Assembly: GCA_951406725.2 (NCBI GenBank)
Contig: OX597829.1
Location: 4,216,001-4,280,000, forward strand
Source: Octopus vulgaris
Lineage: Eukaryota
Direction of reading: 5' to 3'
Length of the DNA: 64,000 nucleotides
Part shown: positions 40,091 to 54,141 of the stretch, piece after piece
Layout of the letters: each line of letters begins with the position of its first letter
How positions within the stretch are numbered: position 1 is the stretch's first letter
The notes under the pieces: generated by a model
Database searches by the model: none
Seen by the model: only the letters and a program-made list of their open reading frames with translations
What the model was told of the DNA's origin: nothing
Position numbers and translations under genes: made by a program

Positions 40091-41904
40091 GGTTGTCAAG
40101 CGATGATGGGGGCGGGGGCAAACACAGACACGCAAACATATATACACACACATACATATATATATACATACATATATACGACGGGCTTCTTTCAGTTTCC
40201 GTCTACCAAATCCACTCATAAGGCTTTGGTCGACCCGAGGCTATAGTAAAAGATACTTGGCCTAGGTGTCACACAGTGGGGCTGAACCCGGAACCATGTG
40301 GTTAGTAAGCAAGCTACTTACCACACAGCCACTCCTACGCTAATAAATATATGTGTGTGTGTATGTGTGTGTGATTGTCTTACACCAACGCTTGCCAGCG
40401 TTACGTTGCGAGTTCAAATTCCGCCGAGGTCGACTTTGCCTTTCATCCTTTCGAGGTCGATAAATTAAGTACCAGTTACGCACTGGGGTCGATGTAATCG
40501 ACTTAATACCTATGTCTGTCCTTGTTTGTCCCCTCTGTGTTTAGTCCCTTGTGGGTAATAAAGAAATAGGTATGTTTACGTCCCTGTAACGCAGTAGTTT
40601 GGCAAATATGACTTGGTATAAGCACGACGCTTTACCTCAAGACTTTACAAAGAAGTCCTGGGATTAATTTGTTCGACTAAAGACCCCTGGAAGACGTTGC
40701 CCCAGTGTGGCCGCAGTCAAACGAGTGAAACAAGTATAAGACTATGAAAAGAGTGTCTTCCTTGAAATGAAGCATTGATGGAGTTCACAGCACAACGAAC
40801 ACGTCAAATAACGGAAATGCGCCTGGTTGATTTCGTGACCGCCCCAACCCAGGGGCCATACGGTGACGATTCATAAATGAACATGGGTCGAGGGACGGTT
40901 CCTGAGTGCAACGTCACCACCCCTAAGCTCGCCCCCAACACTGGGTGACACTGAACAAGTTCGATCAGGTTTCTAACCTTGTTAACCACCATTTATACAA
41001 ACGGCTCTATTGAAATTTTCATCATTCGTATATAACATCTAAGCGTAACAAGCTACGGAATTCTTACATTCTCTCAACTTACGCCTCTCTCTTTCTCTCT
41101 CTGCCTCTCTCTCAAATACACACACACACACATATATATATAAAATTCGTTCTGCGTGTGTGTCTTCTAGGATCTCGGGCGTCCTCCATTCGATTGCTCT
41201 CAGATTTGATATGTAGATACCGACGGTATCAGGGCGTGTATAAGTCTTGAAAAAATTACAAAAAGCGATTCCAGGTGATAATGCGATCGATAAAGCCATT
41301 TTTGTCCTGCTTTTCTTCTGTCAACCTGTACATAACTGCATCTTCAATTTTTGTTGTTTTTGTACTGCTTAAAGGCACGTTTCTTTCCTGCCAAGCTTAC
41401 TGTTTAAACCATGTTTGTGTTCTCCCAGTCAACAGCCTTATCATTACTGGTACTTTAAACTCTTCGGTTGCATATTTGTGTGAATGAAATCGTTTTTCTT
41501 TGAAATATTAAAAAAGTCTAACTTTATTTCTTCTTTTGCTGATGTCTCAAATTTAGGTTAAATCAGTGTTTCTCATATATATGTATATATACATGCATAT
41601 ATGGGTACAGGACATTAAAAAAACGTTGAACACAATGGGAAACGAAAACATAAAACCAAAAACATAGAAAACGAACTTTTTTCGAACAACGAAAACAAAA
41701 CAGAGAAACGAGACATGCAACATAAAGAATATTCCCCTTCATCAGTTGTTCCTCTTTCATCTACTCCGCGTTTTCGAAGGCAAGGACAATACGTGACTTC
41801 GTTGAAACAGTCCTTCCCGCAAAGTAAATTAAATAAAATTTGGGATTTTTCGCGGAGGGTGAAAGCGGTAGCAAAAACAGGACAGTGAGAACAAGACATT
41901 AAAA

Positions 41905-42103
41905 ACAAACGGTGAGGGTTGTTAAGCCAAGACGAAGGAAAAATTATTATGAACGCTAGGAAGACAAACTTATGAAGGAGACAGTATAAGCATGTTTAGT
42001 CTTTAAGAAGGTTGTGGTTAGATAGGTCTCCTTCATAAGCTCGTCTTCGTAGTGTTCATAATGATTTTTCTATCGTCTTGGCTTAACAGGCCTCACAGTT
42101 TGT
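41905..42103. repeat. Imperfect inverted repeat (about 78 bp arms, 43 bp spacer)
   Basis: gttaagccaagacga...cttatgaaggagac versus gtctccttcataag...tcgtcttggcttaac. Confidence 0.85.
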
Positions 42104-42271
42104 GAAAAGAAAAAGAGGGGAAAAGAGAGTAACAGAAAACAGTGACGGGGAGAGAAACGGAATTGGAGAGAAGGATAGAGGGAAAAACAGTATAGAGTAG
42201 AGTCGCATCAGAAAGATTAAGATAGACTTACTTAGAAATGGATGCGTGCCATGCAATCAAATAATAAAAGA

Positions 42272-42316
<45 letters not shown>

Positions 42317-42318
<2 letters not shown>

Positions 42319-43662
42319 CGCAGGAGTGGCTGTGTGGTAAGTAGCTTGCTAACCAACCACATGGTTGTGGGTTCAATCCCACTGTGTGGCATCTTCTGCT
42401 ATAGCCCCGGGCTGACCAAAGCCTTGTGAGTGGATTTGGTAGACGGAAACTGAGAGAAGCCTGTCGTATATATGTATATATATATGCGTGTGTGTGTTTG
42501 TGTGTCTGTGTTTGTCCCCCTAGCATTGCTTGACAACCGATGCTGGTGTGTGTTTACGTACCCGTCACTTAGCGGTTCGGCAAAAGAGCCCGATAGAATA
42601 AGTACTGGGCTTACAAAGAATAATTCCCGGGGTCGAGTTGCTCGATTAAAGGCGGTGCTCCAGCATGGCCGCAGTCAAATGACTGAAACAAGTAGAAGAG
42701 TAAAAGAGGGTACACAGGACATGACCAAGAGTAACCAACAAGAATGTTGCTCATCTCATCACCGACGCCTCCGATGTCGTTAACCCTTGATTATAATTAC
42801 TACAATGTTTTTAATGCCGTTTTTCTTATTTATATTAATATTCCTGTTATTCTTGTTGTAACGGTTCTTTGATAGCACTAATTTATAATCCTGATGAAAT
42901 ACGGGGGCAGTAACGCCCCGGGAAGCGGATATCCTTATCTAGACAGAAGCCCCTCTTAAAATAGATTTGTATTATGAAAATGCTGTTACGCAAATCACTT
43001 TATTAACTCTGTCTCCTCTCATGTTTTGTTCCTTCTCTGATTACGATATAATAATTGTAACATATATATAAAAACATTTAGATATATACGTATATAAATA
43101 TATATATAGGCGCAGGAGTGGCTGTGTGGTAAGTAGCTTGCTTACCAACCACATGGTTCTGGGTTCATTCCCACTGCGTAGCACATTGGGCAAGTGTCTT
43201 CTACTATAGCCTCGGGTCGACCAAAGCCTTGTGAGTGGATTTGGTAGACGGAGACTGAAGAAGCCCGTCGTATATATATATATGTGTGTGTGTGTGTGTC
43301 CGTGTGTGTGTATGTGTGTGTGTGTGTGTGGGTGTGGGTGGGTGTGTGTGTGAGTATGTTTGTGTGTCTGTGTTTGTCCCCCCAACATCGCTTGACAACC
43401 GATGCTGGTGTGTTTACATCGCCGTGACTTAGCGGTTCGGCAAAAAGAGATCGATAGAATAAGTACTAGGCTTACAAAGAAGAAGACCTGGGGTCGATTT
43501 GTTCGACTAAAGGCGGTGCTCCAGCATGACCACAGTCAAATGACTGAAACAAGTATAAGAGTAAAAGAGAGAGAGAGTATACGTGAGCATGTCTGTCGCT
43601 TGCTATACATATGTATGTGTTTGTTTATGTATATATTTGTGTGCATGCGTGTGTATGCATAC

Positions 43663-43732
<70 letters not shown>

Positions 43733-44342
43733 GAGTGTATATATATATTTTTTTTTTTCTCTCCTTCTTTCCGTGTTTCTTCTCTGTGTATCTTTCTGTT
43801 GAAGAGCGTAGGCTCGAAACGTTAAAGACTTGTTTTATTTACATTTCCTGAGCGCCATACTAATACAATTGTTTGTTTGTATTCCACCTGCCTTCGTCTT
43901 TTGTTTATTTTCATAAAGCTTCCCGTTATATATATATATATACATGTATATCTATATTTTTAGATAAATATATACTCTTTTACTTGTTTCAGTCATTTGA
44001 TTGTGGCCATGCTGGAGCACCGCCTTTAGTCGAGCAAATTGACACCAGGACTTATTCTTTAGAAGCCTATAACTTTTGCCGAACCGCTAAGTTACGGGGA
44101 CATAAACACACCAGCATCGATTGTCAAGCGATGTTGGGGCGGACAAACACAGACACACAAATACACACATATATATATACATATATACGACGGACTTCTT
44201 TCAGTTTCCGTCCACCAAATGCACTTACAAGGCTTTGGTCGGCCCGAGGCTATAGTAGAAGACACTTGCCCAAGGTGTCACGTAGTGGGACTGAACCCGG
44301 AACCATGTGGTTGGTAAGCAAGTTACTTACCACACAGCCACG
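42317..44342. mobile_element. Three SINE family A copies (42317-42708 +, 43109-43570 +, 43975-44342 -)
   Basis: Each matches family A from head to tail. Confidence 0.9.
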
Positions 44343-44413
44343 CATACCTTGTGTGTATGCCTATGCTTATCTCTTTATTTATCTTTGTATCTATTTCTGT
44401 CTGTCTGTCTGTG

Positions 44414-44478
<65 letters not shown>

Positions 44479-44516
44479 GTCTCACTTTCTGTCTGTCTGT
44501 CTGTCTGTCTATCTAC

Positions 44517-44733
<217 letters not shown>

Positions 44734-45177
44734 AATCAATCAATCTATCTCCCTCTTCACCTATGTATCCATCAATCTATCTTACACACACACACCCTCT
44801 ACTGACGCTGCTCCCGCCACCACCGCTTCGTCTTCTCACATCCACCGCCGCCTTTCACTGCTTCTTAACCAACCAACATTCTCGGCCCTTCTCTCTCATC
44901 AATGTCAACGTGTGTTTACTTTACAACCCAAGCATACAGCGCTTTGCGTGTGGGGGATCTTTTTTCAGTTCTGCCGTCAACCATCTTCCCTCGACAGCTC
45001 GGCACGTGTCCTCCCCGACCCCCCCGGGCGTCCTCCTCCACCGCCCTCGTCTTATTACTGCTTGAATGACAGTCAGCTATTAAGGGTGGTGGCGGTGTTG
45101 GGGAGGATTTTGTTGGTGGCGGTGGTGTTCGTGGAGGTGACGAAGATGGCGGCAATTGGACCGGTGATGGGGCTAGA

Positions 45178-45217
45178 GTGATGATGTTAATGGTGATGGG
45201 GATGATGCTGATGGCAC

Positions 45218-45288
<71 letters not shown>

Positions 45289-45915
45289 GTGGTGATGGTG
45301 GTGATGATGGGGATGATGATGATGATGATGAAGATGATGGTGGTGATGGCCCTGTTGGCGATGTTCATGGCGATGATGGTGATGACTTTATTGATGACGT
45401 GTGACATTGATGATGGTAATGATGATAATGATGATGCTGATGACGACAATGATGATGATGATGATGGCGATAATGATGATGATAATGGTGATGATGATGA
45501 TGGCGATAATGATGATGATAATGGTGATGATGATGATGATGGCGATGATGATGATGGTGATGATGATGATGATGATGGCGATAATGATGATGATAATGGT
45601 GATGATGGTGGTGATCATGATGATGATGACGATGATGATGATGACGATGATGATGAGGAGGAGGAATAAGGTTATGATAATGATGATGATGGCGATGATG
45701 GCAATGATGATGATGATGATGATGATGGCGATGTTGATGGCGATGATGATGATGAGGAGGGAGAGGAGGAGGAGGCGGATTAAGATTATGATAATGATGA
45801 TGATGGTGATGATGATGATGATGATGATGATGATGACGACGGTGATAATAGTGGTGGTGGTGGTGCTGATGCCGATCGACGCTGCTAACGTTGACGATGA
45901 TGGTGATGGTGATAG
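45178..45915. repeat. Degenerate (GAT)n trinucleotide tract
   Basis: Directly visible; explains the poly-D/M/H/I ORFs. Confidence 0.95.
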
Positions 45916-46949
45916 CTGAGGCGGGGGGGGGGAGGGTGATGATGGAGATGGAGAGCTCTAGCACGGAGTGTGTGTATGAGCTAATTATACATATGTGTTT
46001 ATGTCTGTTTTTGTGTGTGTTTGCGTGTAAATGTGTGTGTATATGTGCTGAGTGTATGTGTGTGTGTTTGCGCGTGTGTATGTATGTATACAACATGATT
46101 ATAAATATGTGTGTGTATATTCGTGTTTGCGTGTGTGTGTATATATAAACTGATCATATATGCGTGCGTGTGTGTGTGTGTTTGCGTGTGTGTGTGTCTA
46201 TATATGAGCTGATTATATAAGTGTGTGTGGGTATGTGTGTGTTTGCATGTAAGTGTGAATAAGCTGAATATGTGTGTGTGTGTCTGTTTTTGTGTGTGTG
46301 TGTGTATGAGGTAATTATACATGTGTGTTTATGTCTGTGTTTGTGTGTTTGCTAGTAAATGTGTGTGTATATGGTGTGTGTTTGCACGTGTGTGTGCGCG
46401 GTTTCATGTGTGTGCGTGTGTGTGCGAGGTTTCATGTGTGTATGTGTGCGTGGTTTTATGTGTGTGTGTGTGCGTGCGAGTTTTCATGTGTGTGTGTGCG
46501 AGGTTTCATGTGTGTGTGTGTGTGTGTGTGCGAGGTTTCATGTGTGTGTGTGTGTGTGTTCGAGGTTTCATGTGTGTGCGTTTGTATGTGTGTGTGTATA
46601 TCTATAGATGTGTGTGTATGCACGTGTGCGTGGTAGTGTCTGTGTGTATGCTTGTGTTTAGGTGCGTATATGTGTGAGTGTGCATTAGCTGTGTATATAC
46701 GTGTGCGTGTGAGTGTGTACGTTTGGGTGTGTATGTGTGAGTGTATGAGCTGATTACACACATGTGTATATGTGTGTGTGCGTGTGTTTCCGTGTGTGTG
46801 TGTGTGTGCGCGCGTGATTGCGTGTCAGTGTGTCCGTGTGTGTATAAGCTAATTATATACGTGTGTTTTTGTCTGTGTGTGTGTGTTTGGGTAGTTGCGT
46901 GAGTGTGTATGACGCGTGTGTGTGTGTGTGTGCGTGTATACTCTTTACT

Positions 46950-47309
46950 ATTTTAGTCTTTTCCTTCTTTCAGTCAATTTGACTGCGGCCATGCTGGAGC
47001 ACCGCCTTTAGCCGAACAAATCGACCCCACATCTTATTCTTTGTAATCCTAGTACTTATTCTATCGGTCTCTTTTGCCTAACCACTATGTTACGGGGACG
47101 CAAACACACCAGCATCGGTTGACAAGCTCCTGCGCCTATATACTGACATATATACGATGGGCTTCTTTCAGTTTCAGTCTACCAAATCTCCTCACAAGGC
47201 TTTGTGAAGACACTTGTAGAAAACACTTGCCTAAAGTGCAATGCAGTGTCACTGAACCCGGAACCATGTGGTTGGTAAGCAAGCTGCTTACCACACAACC
47301 ACTCCTGCG

Positions 47310-47350
<41 letters not shown>

Positions 47351-47576
47351 TCTTTACTCTTTACTCTTTTACTTGTTTCAGTCATTTGACTGCGGCCATG
47401 CTGGAGCACAGCCTTTAATCGAGCAACTCGACCCCGGGACTTATTCTTTTGTAAGCCCAGTACTTATTCTATCGGTCTCTTTTGCCAAACCGCTAAGTAA
47501 CGGGGACATAAACACACCAGCACCGGTTGTCAAGCAATGCTAGGGAGACAAACACAGACACACAAACACACACACG

Positions 47577-47646
<70 letters not shown>

Positions 47647-47809
47647 TACGACGGGCTTCTTTCAGTTTCCGTCTACCAAATTCACTCACAAGGCTTTGGT
47701 CGGCCCGAGGCTATAGTAGAAGACACTTGCCCAAGGTGCCACGCAGTGGGACTGAAACCGGAACCATGTGGTTGGTAAACAAGCTACTTAAAACACAGCC
47801 ACTCCCGCG

Positions 47810-47810
<1 letters not shown>
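46950..47810 (-). mobile_element. Two SINE family A copies
   Basis: 46950-47312 and 47350-47810. Confidence 0.88.
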
Positions 47811-47863
<53 letters not shown>

Positions 47864-47867
47864 ATGT

Positions 47868-48150
47868 GGAGGCGCAATGGCCCAGTGGTTAGGGCAGTGG
47901 TTTCGATTCCCAGACCGGGCGTTGTGAGTGTTTATTGAGCGAAAACACCTAAAAGCTCCACGACACTCCGGCAGGGGGTGGTGATTCCTGCTGTACTCTT
48001 TTGCCACTCATTCTCCCACTCTTTCTTCTGTTGGCCTGCTCGCTTAGCCAACGGGGTGGCGTCATTCAAAAACTAAAACAATGCGAACGCATTGTGACCA
48101 GCGATGTGTAACAACCTCTGATAGTCTGGTTGGTCACGTGATCACGTGAT
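47868..48150 (+). mobile_element. SINE family B
   Basis: ggaggcgcaatggcccagtggttagggcag...ggtcacgtgatcacgtgat. Confidence 0.9.
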
Positions 48151-48184
48151 ATGTATTTGTATATATATATATATATATATATAG

Positions 48185-49133
48185 TAGCAACAGGAAAGAG
48201 GAATTTCGATTATCCCCACGTGGTGAATTGTAATGTATATAAGAAATTACAAAATAAAAATACGCACACTTACATAGTTTTAATGTAATTTTTAATATAT
48301 CTACCGGTTTCGCTATCGCTATTCATGATATTATGTTTTACTTATTTGAATATGTATTTTTTCTTAAGAGGAAATTTTGTCCATGTTGTTTGTGATGAAA
48401 TTCAATAGTGAATGACTTCACAAGTAGATAAATAAAAGGGAGGTAATTGGTTATCATTATTATTGTTATTGTTGTGGGTAAGGAGATAACCGTTCAGCTT
48501 TCGGTAATGGGAGGGAAGTATATATGTACAAAGACAAGTTTCGAAAACATTGTTTAGTGAGCGGATTTATGTAGTGATGTAATCGTGAATTGAAATATGT
48601 ACAAAGAAAAAAGTTGGTTATGCGTGCATATTAAGACGTGTTCTGTATTTTTCTATGAAAAACCTTTCTTTATTTAAACGTTCTAGTGAAGAGAATGCGT
48701 ATTTGCACTGGTAGAAGGGGAAAACTGTGAAATTCGGTTTGATGTTACCTGCACATTTTTCTATATGTTCACTGAGAGGAATTTACCTGTATTGCGGGAA
48801 ACGGATTTGCTCTGTATGGAGAGTGGTTCTCTTTCTCAAAGTCATAGTGGTGTCCGCAAACCGACCAGGTTATTACATAAATTACATAGGTTCTCAGAGG
48901 CACAAGTGAAACTAGTTTTAATTATGAACCTCTGTCCTTGGTTGAAAAGGAAATCCGAGCCTTCAAGCAGGCTGTGGCAGGTTCCACAGTTTGGGCGTCC
49001 ACATTTTTCAACCGTTGGTTTCGTGATTGTTTTTTAAAGCTTCACATTTGTTAGCAATAGTGAAACCGGTCGATATATTAAAAGTTATATTAAAACTATG
49101 TAAGTGTGCGTATTTTCCTTTTCTAATTTCTGA
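48185..49133 (-). mobile_element. Penelope-like element, 5'-truncated, GIY-YIG end with inverted terminal-repeat copy
   Basis: Minus frames give KCGRPNCGTC, FTCASENL, LRKRTTLHTEQI, PLSEHIEKCA and RLNKERFFIEKY. The segment 49052-49133 is an inverted copy of 48240-48321. Confidence 0.88.
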
Positions 49134-49447
49134 TATATATATATATATGAGGTATACTTGCCATCTCAATATGGCTAACCACTAAGGGTGGGTGTTACTG
49201 TAGCTTGTAGCCCCAGGAGAACATCGTCTCCAGCTGGCTTTAGGCACACTTTCTCTGCCCTTATGGTATTTGCAAAGGGAAGTCACCCTTCCCTCGTCAA
49301 CCTAAGTGATACGCACGGACTGCAGTTTCTAGTTTTTGACCTCAGCGTACGACAATCACCGGTTTTCGATGAAAAGGTGTTCCAATGCAAATCCTTATAT
49401 CGTTTTTCCAGTAACTTTTCGTCACTGATCTCGAAACACATAAATAC

Positions 49448-49886
49448 AATGGGCTTCTTTCAGTTTCCGTCTACCAAATCCACTCACAAGGCTTTGGTCG
49501 ACCCTAGGATATAGTAGAAGACACCTGTCACAGGTGCTACGCAGGGAGACTGAACCCGGAACCATGTGGTTCGTAAACAAGCTACTTACAACAAAACCAC
49601 TCCTACGCCTGTATGTGTGTCTATAAGCTAATTATAGACGTGTGTGTTATGTGTGTGTGTGTGCCTATGTGTGTGTTTGTGTGTGAGTTTGTGCGTGTGC
49701 GTTGTTGTTTGTGTTTGTGTTTGTAGGCGCAGGAGTGGCTGTGTGGTAAGTAGCTTGCTTACGAACCACATAGTTCCGGGTTCAGTCCCACTGTGTGGCA
49801 CCTTGGGTAAGTGTCTTCTACGTTAGCCTCGTGCTGACCAAAGACGTGAGTGGATTTGGTAGAGGGAAACTGAGCGAAGCCAGCCG

Positions 49887-49920
<34 letters not shown>

Positions 49921-49922
49921 AT

Positions 49923-49966
<44 letters not shown>

Positions 49967-50372
49967 GCATAGGAGTGGCTGCGTGGTAAGTAGCTTGCTT
50001 ACCAACCACATGGTTCAGAGTTCCCTCCCACTGCGTGGCACCTTGGCTGAGTGTCTTCTACTATGGCCTCGGGTTGACCAAAGCCTTGTGAGTGGATTTG
50101 GTAGACGGAAACTGAAAGAAGCCCGTCGTTTATATGTATATATATATATAGGTGCAGGAGTGGCTGTGTGGTAAGTAAGTTACCTACCAGCCACATGGTT
50201 CTGGGTTCAGTCCCACTGGGTGGCACCCTGGGCAAGTGTCTTTTACTATAGCCTCAGGCCGACTAATGAAACTGAAAGAAGCCCGTCGTATATATATTGG
50301 ATCATTTGCTTGACTGAAGGCGGTGCTCCAGTATGGCCGCAGTCAACTGACTGAAACAAGAAAAAGAGTAAA
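49448..50372. mobile_element. Cluster of SINE family A fragments
   Basis: 49448-49610 (-); 49725-49888, 49965-50128 and 50151-50372 (+). Confidence 0.85.
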
Positions 50373-50893
50373 CAGAATTGGTTTTAAGCTCTCAAAGAGA
50401 AAAGCTACCAGAAAACTCGTTAACCAACCGACTAACTAGCCAACCAGTTAGTAATTAAGAGGCCAGCCAGCCAACGCGCCTACCAGCCAAGCAGTCGACC
50501 GACCGACCGACCGAGCTGCAAGCCTGTCAGGCAGGCAGTCAGGCAGCCAGCCAGCGACCGACCATGCGACCCGGGCGCATAGTCACATCGTTATGTGCCC
50601 GTCGAAAAGTCGGCCGTGGGAATTAAACGCCGGTTATTTTCACACACGTTTCTCACGGCAGCGAGCGCAATCCGGTTTCGCGCACACAGCCGCTCCCTCT
50701 CTCTCTACCTCACACACACAAACACACACATACACATACACATACACATACACACGTGTTGCCTGACAGTCAAGTAAGTAATATACAAATAAAAACGGAC
50801 AAAGACACACACACACACACACATATATATATGTATACACACACGCGAGATATTATCCTACTTAAATGCACACACACAGACACACTTGTATGT

Positions 50894-50976
<83 letters not shown>

Positions 50977-51034
50977 TATATATAGAGATTTATATATATA
51001 TACAATAGTACTTAGACATATGTATATATATAAG

Positions 51035-51101
<67 letters not shown>

Positions 51102-51196
51102 GGAGTATCATCCTACTTAAATCTATAGGCACACACGCACGTCGACACATTTGTATGTATGTATATAGATATATATATAAATATTTATAATATATA

Positions 51197-51275
<79 letters not shown>

Positions 51276-51276
51276 G

Positions 51277-51309
<33 letters not shown>

Positions 51310-51596
51310 ATGGATTTATATATAAATGCCTATATACAAAGTCATTCGAAGACAGGTTGTTATGTATGTATACACACAAACACAAACAAAATTTCGACAC
51401 ACATACACAGACACACACACATATATATATATATACATACACATACATACATATATGTGTATATATGTATATGATTATGGGGATATGTACAAATATTTAT
51501 ACATACGTATAAAATATAGACATCTTTTATATATATATATATATACACAGTTATCCTTATATACGTACGTGCAGATGTTTTTATTAAATCTACGCA

Positions 51597-51640
<44 letters not shown>

Positions 51641-51928
51641 CACATACTCAAGCTGTGTCGAGCGCGTATATATATATACATATATACTCTTTTTCTCTTT
51701 TACTTGTTTCAGTCATTTGAATTCGGCCATGCTGGAGCACCGCCTTTAGTCGAAGAAATCGATCCCAGGACTTATTCTTTGTAAGCCTAGTATTTATTCT
51801 ATCGGTCTCTTTTGCATGCAGAACGGCTAAGTTACGGGGACGTAAACACACCAGCATCGGTTGTCAAGCGATGTTGGGGTAACAACCACAGTCACACAAA
51901 CATATACATGCATACAAGTAAAAGAATG

Positions 51929-52019
<91 letters not shown>

Positions 52020-52033
52020 TTAAAGCAGCAGAA

Positions 52034-52146
52034 AACAAAATCTGTTACTCTGAGTTTCTCGTTGCCGTTCATCAGACAGTTTTTGCTAAACTAGCAAAAA
52101 CTGTCTGATGAACGGCAACGAGAAACTCAAAGTAACAGATTTTGTT
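52034..52146. ncRNA. Near-perfect 55 bp-arm palindrome encoding two head-to-head type I hammerhead motifs
   Basis: Plus copy 52101-52138: CTGT-CTGATGA-A-CG GCAA CG-A-GAAA-CT caa AG-TA-ACAG. Minus copy 52042-52079. One mismatch between the arms; loop aac. Confidence 0.75.
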
Positions 52147-52207
52147 GAATTTTCTGGTATTTGAGTACTCTTTTTTCCACCTTGTTTCACATTTATGTGT
52201 TTACTCC

Positions 52208-52264
<57 letters not shown>

Positions 52265-52673
52265 GACGGGTTTCTTTCAGTTTCTGTCTACCAAATCCAC
52301 TCACAAGGCTTTGGTCTGCCCGAGGCTGTAGTAGAAGACACTTACCCAAGGTGCCACGCAGTTGATCTGAACCCGGAACCATGTGGTTCGCAGGTAAAAG
52401 GGATCGTGAAAGAAAAAAATGTGGGGCCGATCAATAGGGATCGTGTATCACAGATAGACAGACAGATAGATAGATTTCTTTACTGCCCAGAAGGGGCTAA
52501 ACATAGAGGGGACAAACAAGGACAGACGAAGGGATTGAGTCGATTATATCGCCCCCAGTGCGAAACTTGTACTTTATTTATCGACCCCGAAAGGATGAAC
52601 GGCAAAGTTGACCCCGGTGGAATTTGAACTCAGAACGTATAGATAGATAGATAGATAAATAAATAGATAGGTG

Positions 52674-52705
<32 letters not shown>

Positions 52706-52722
52706 TATAGATAGAGAGAAAA

Positions 52723-52757
<35 letters not shown>

Positions 52758-52791
52758 TATAGATAGGTGGATAGATAGATAGAGAGAAAAA

Positions 52792-52827
<36 letters not shown>

Positions 52828-53608
52828 ATAAATAGATAGATAGATAGACAGACAGACATATAGATAGATAGATACATGTCCTTCGCTAGAACCATTACAT
52901 AACTAGACATGTCTGTTTGTCTGTGTTTGTCCATACCACCATTTCACAAACGTTGTCGGTTTTTTTACTTCTACTTAACTGAGAGGTTCGACAAACATCA
53001 CTGATAGAGGGGACTAGGCTTAGAAATAATAAGTCCCGGCGTCGATTTTTTCGACCTAAAGGCGGTGCTCCAGCATCGCCGCAGTTAAATGATTGAAACG
53101 AACAAAAGTATACACACACACACAGATATATATATATAAATATATTTTTCATTTTCATCTAGTTTCAGCTCACGAGCTGTGGCCATGCTGGGGCACCGCC
53201 ATTTTTTTTATATATATACGATGGGTTTTCTTTCAGTTTCCGTCTACCAAATCCACTCATAAGGCTTTGGTCGGTCCGAGGCTATAGTTAGTAGACAGTT
53301 GCCCAAGCTACTTACCACACAGCCACTCCTACACACACACACACAAATATATATATATACATATATATATACACAAGCATATATATATATATGTTTGTGT
53401 CAGCGCCATGATAGATCGTTAGCCACTACACAGTTTTTTCTCTCCTCGTTTTTTCTGTCCCTTTCTGTTGAAGAGCGTAGGCTCGAAACGTAAAAGACCT
53501 TTCTATTCCTGAGCGTTATACTAATACATCTGTTTGTTTTGTACACCACCTGTCTTCGTCTTCTGTTTTTTTTTTCGTAAACTCTCCCTATATATATATG
53601 TATATAGA

Positions 53609-53657
<49 letters not shown>

Positions 53658-54103
53658 ATACATATATTTATATATATATGTGTGTCCGTGTGTGTGTGTG
53701 TTTGTGTATATATATTTATTTATATATATATATATATATATGTATATACAGAGCGGTATATATATATATGATTGTGTATACATATTTATTATATACATAT
53801 TTATTTGTGTATGTATATATATATGTATACGTGTGTGTATATATATATATTTGTTTATAAATATCTACATATATGTACATATATATTCATTTATATATCA
53901 TGTGTAGACTCGTTCATATACTCAAGTGTGTGTTTGTATATATATATATATATGTATGTATATATACATATATATATATACATATATATATACATATATA
54001 TATACACACACATTAAGTATATGTGTGTTTTTCTTTCTTTCTTTTTGGCTGCTGGCTGCAGCACGCTTATGTTGTTGCCGAGTAGGCGGCGACGGGGAGA
54101 AAG

Positions 54104-54141
<38 letters not shown>

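Noticed and set aside
41160-41540. Degenerate mariner (FIDRIITW resembling FLDRIITGD) on the minus strand
   Set aside because: A single weak motif with no TIR or second motif.
42890-42990. Hammerhead at ctgatgaaatac...gtattatgaaa
   Set aside because: Stem II is plausible, but stems I and III could not be formed convincingly.
44916-46096. Poly-D, poly-M and poly-H ORFs as acidic or His-rich proteins
   Set aside because: The (GAT)n tract is open in several frames on both strands, with no unique domain or splice support.
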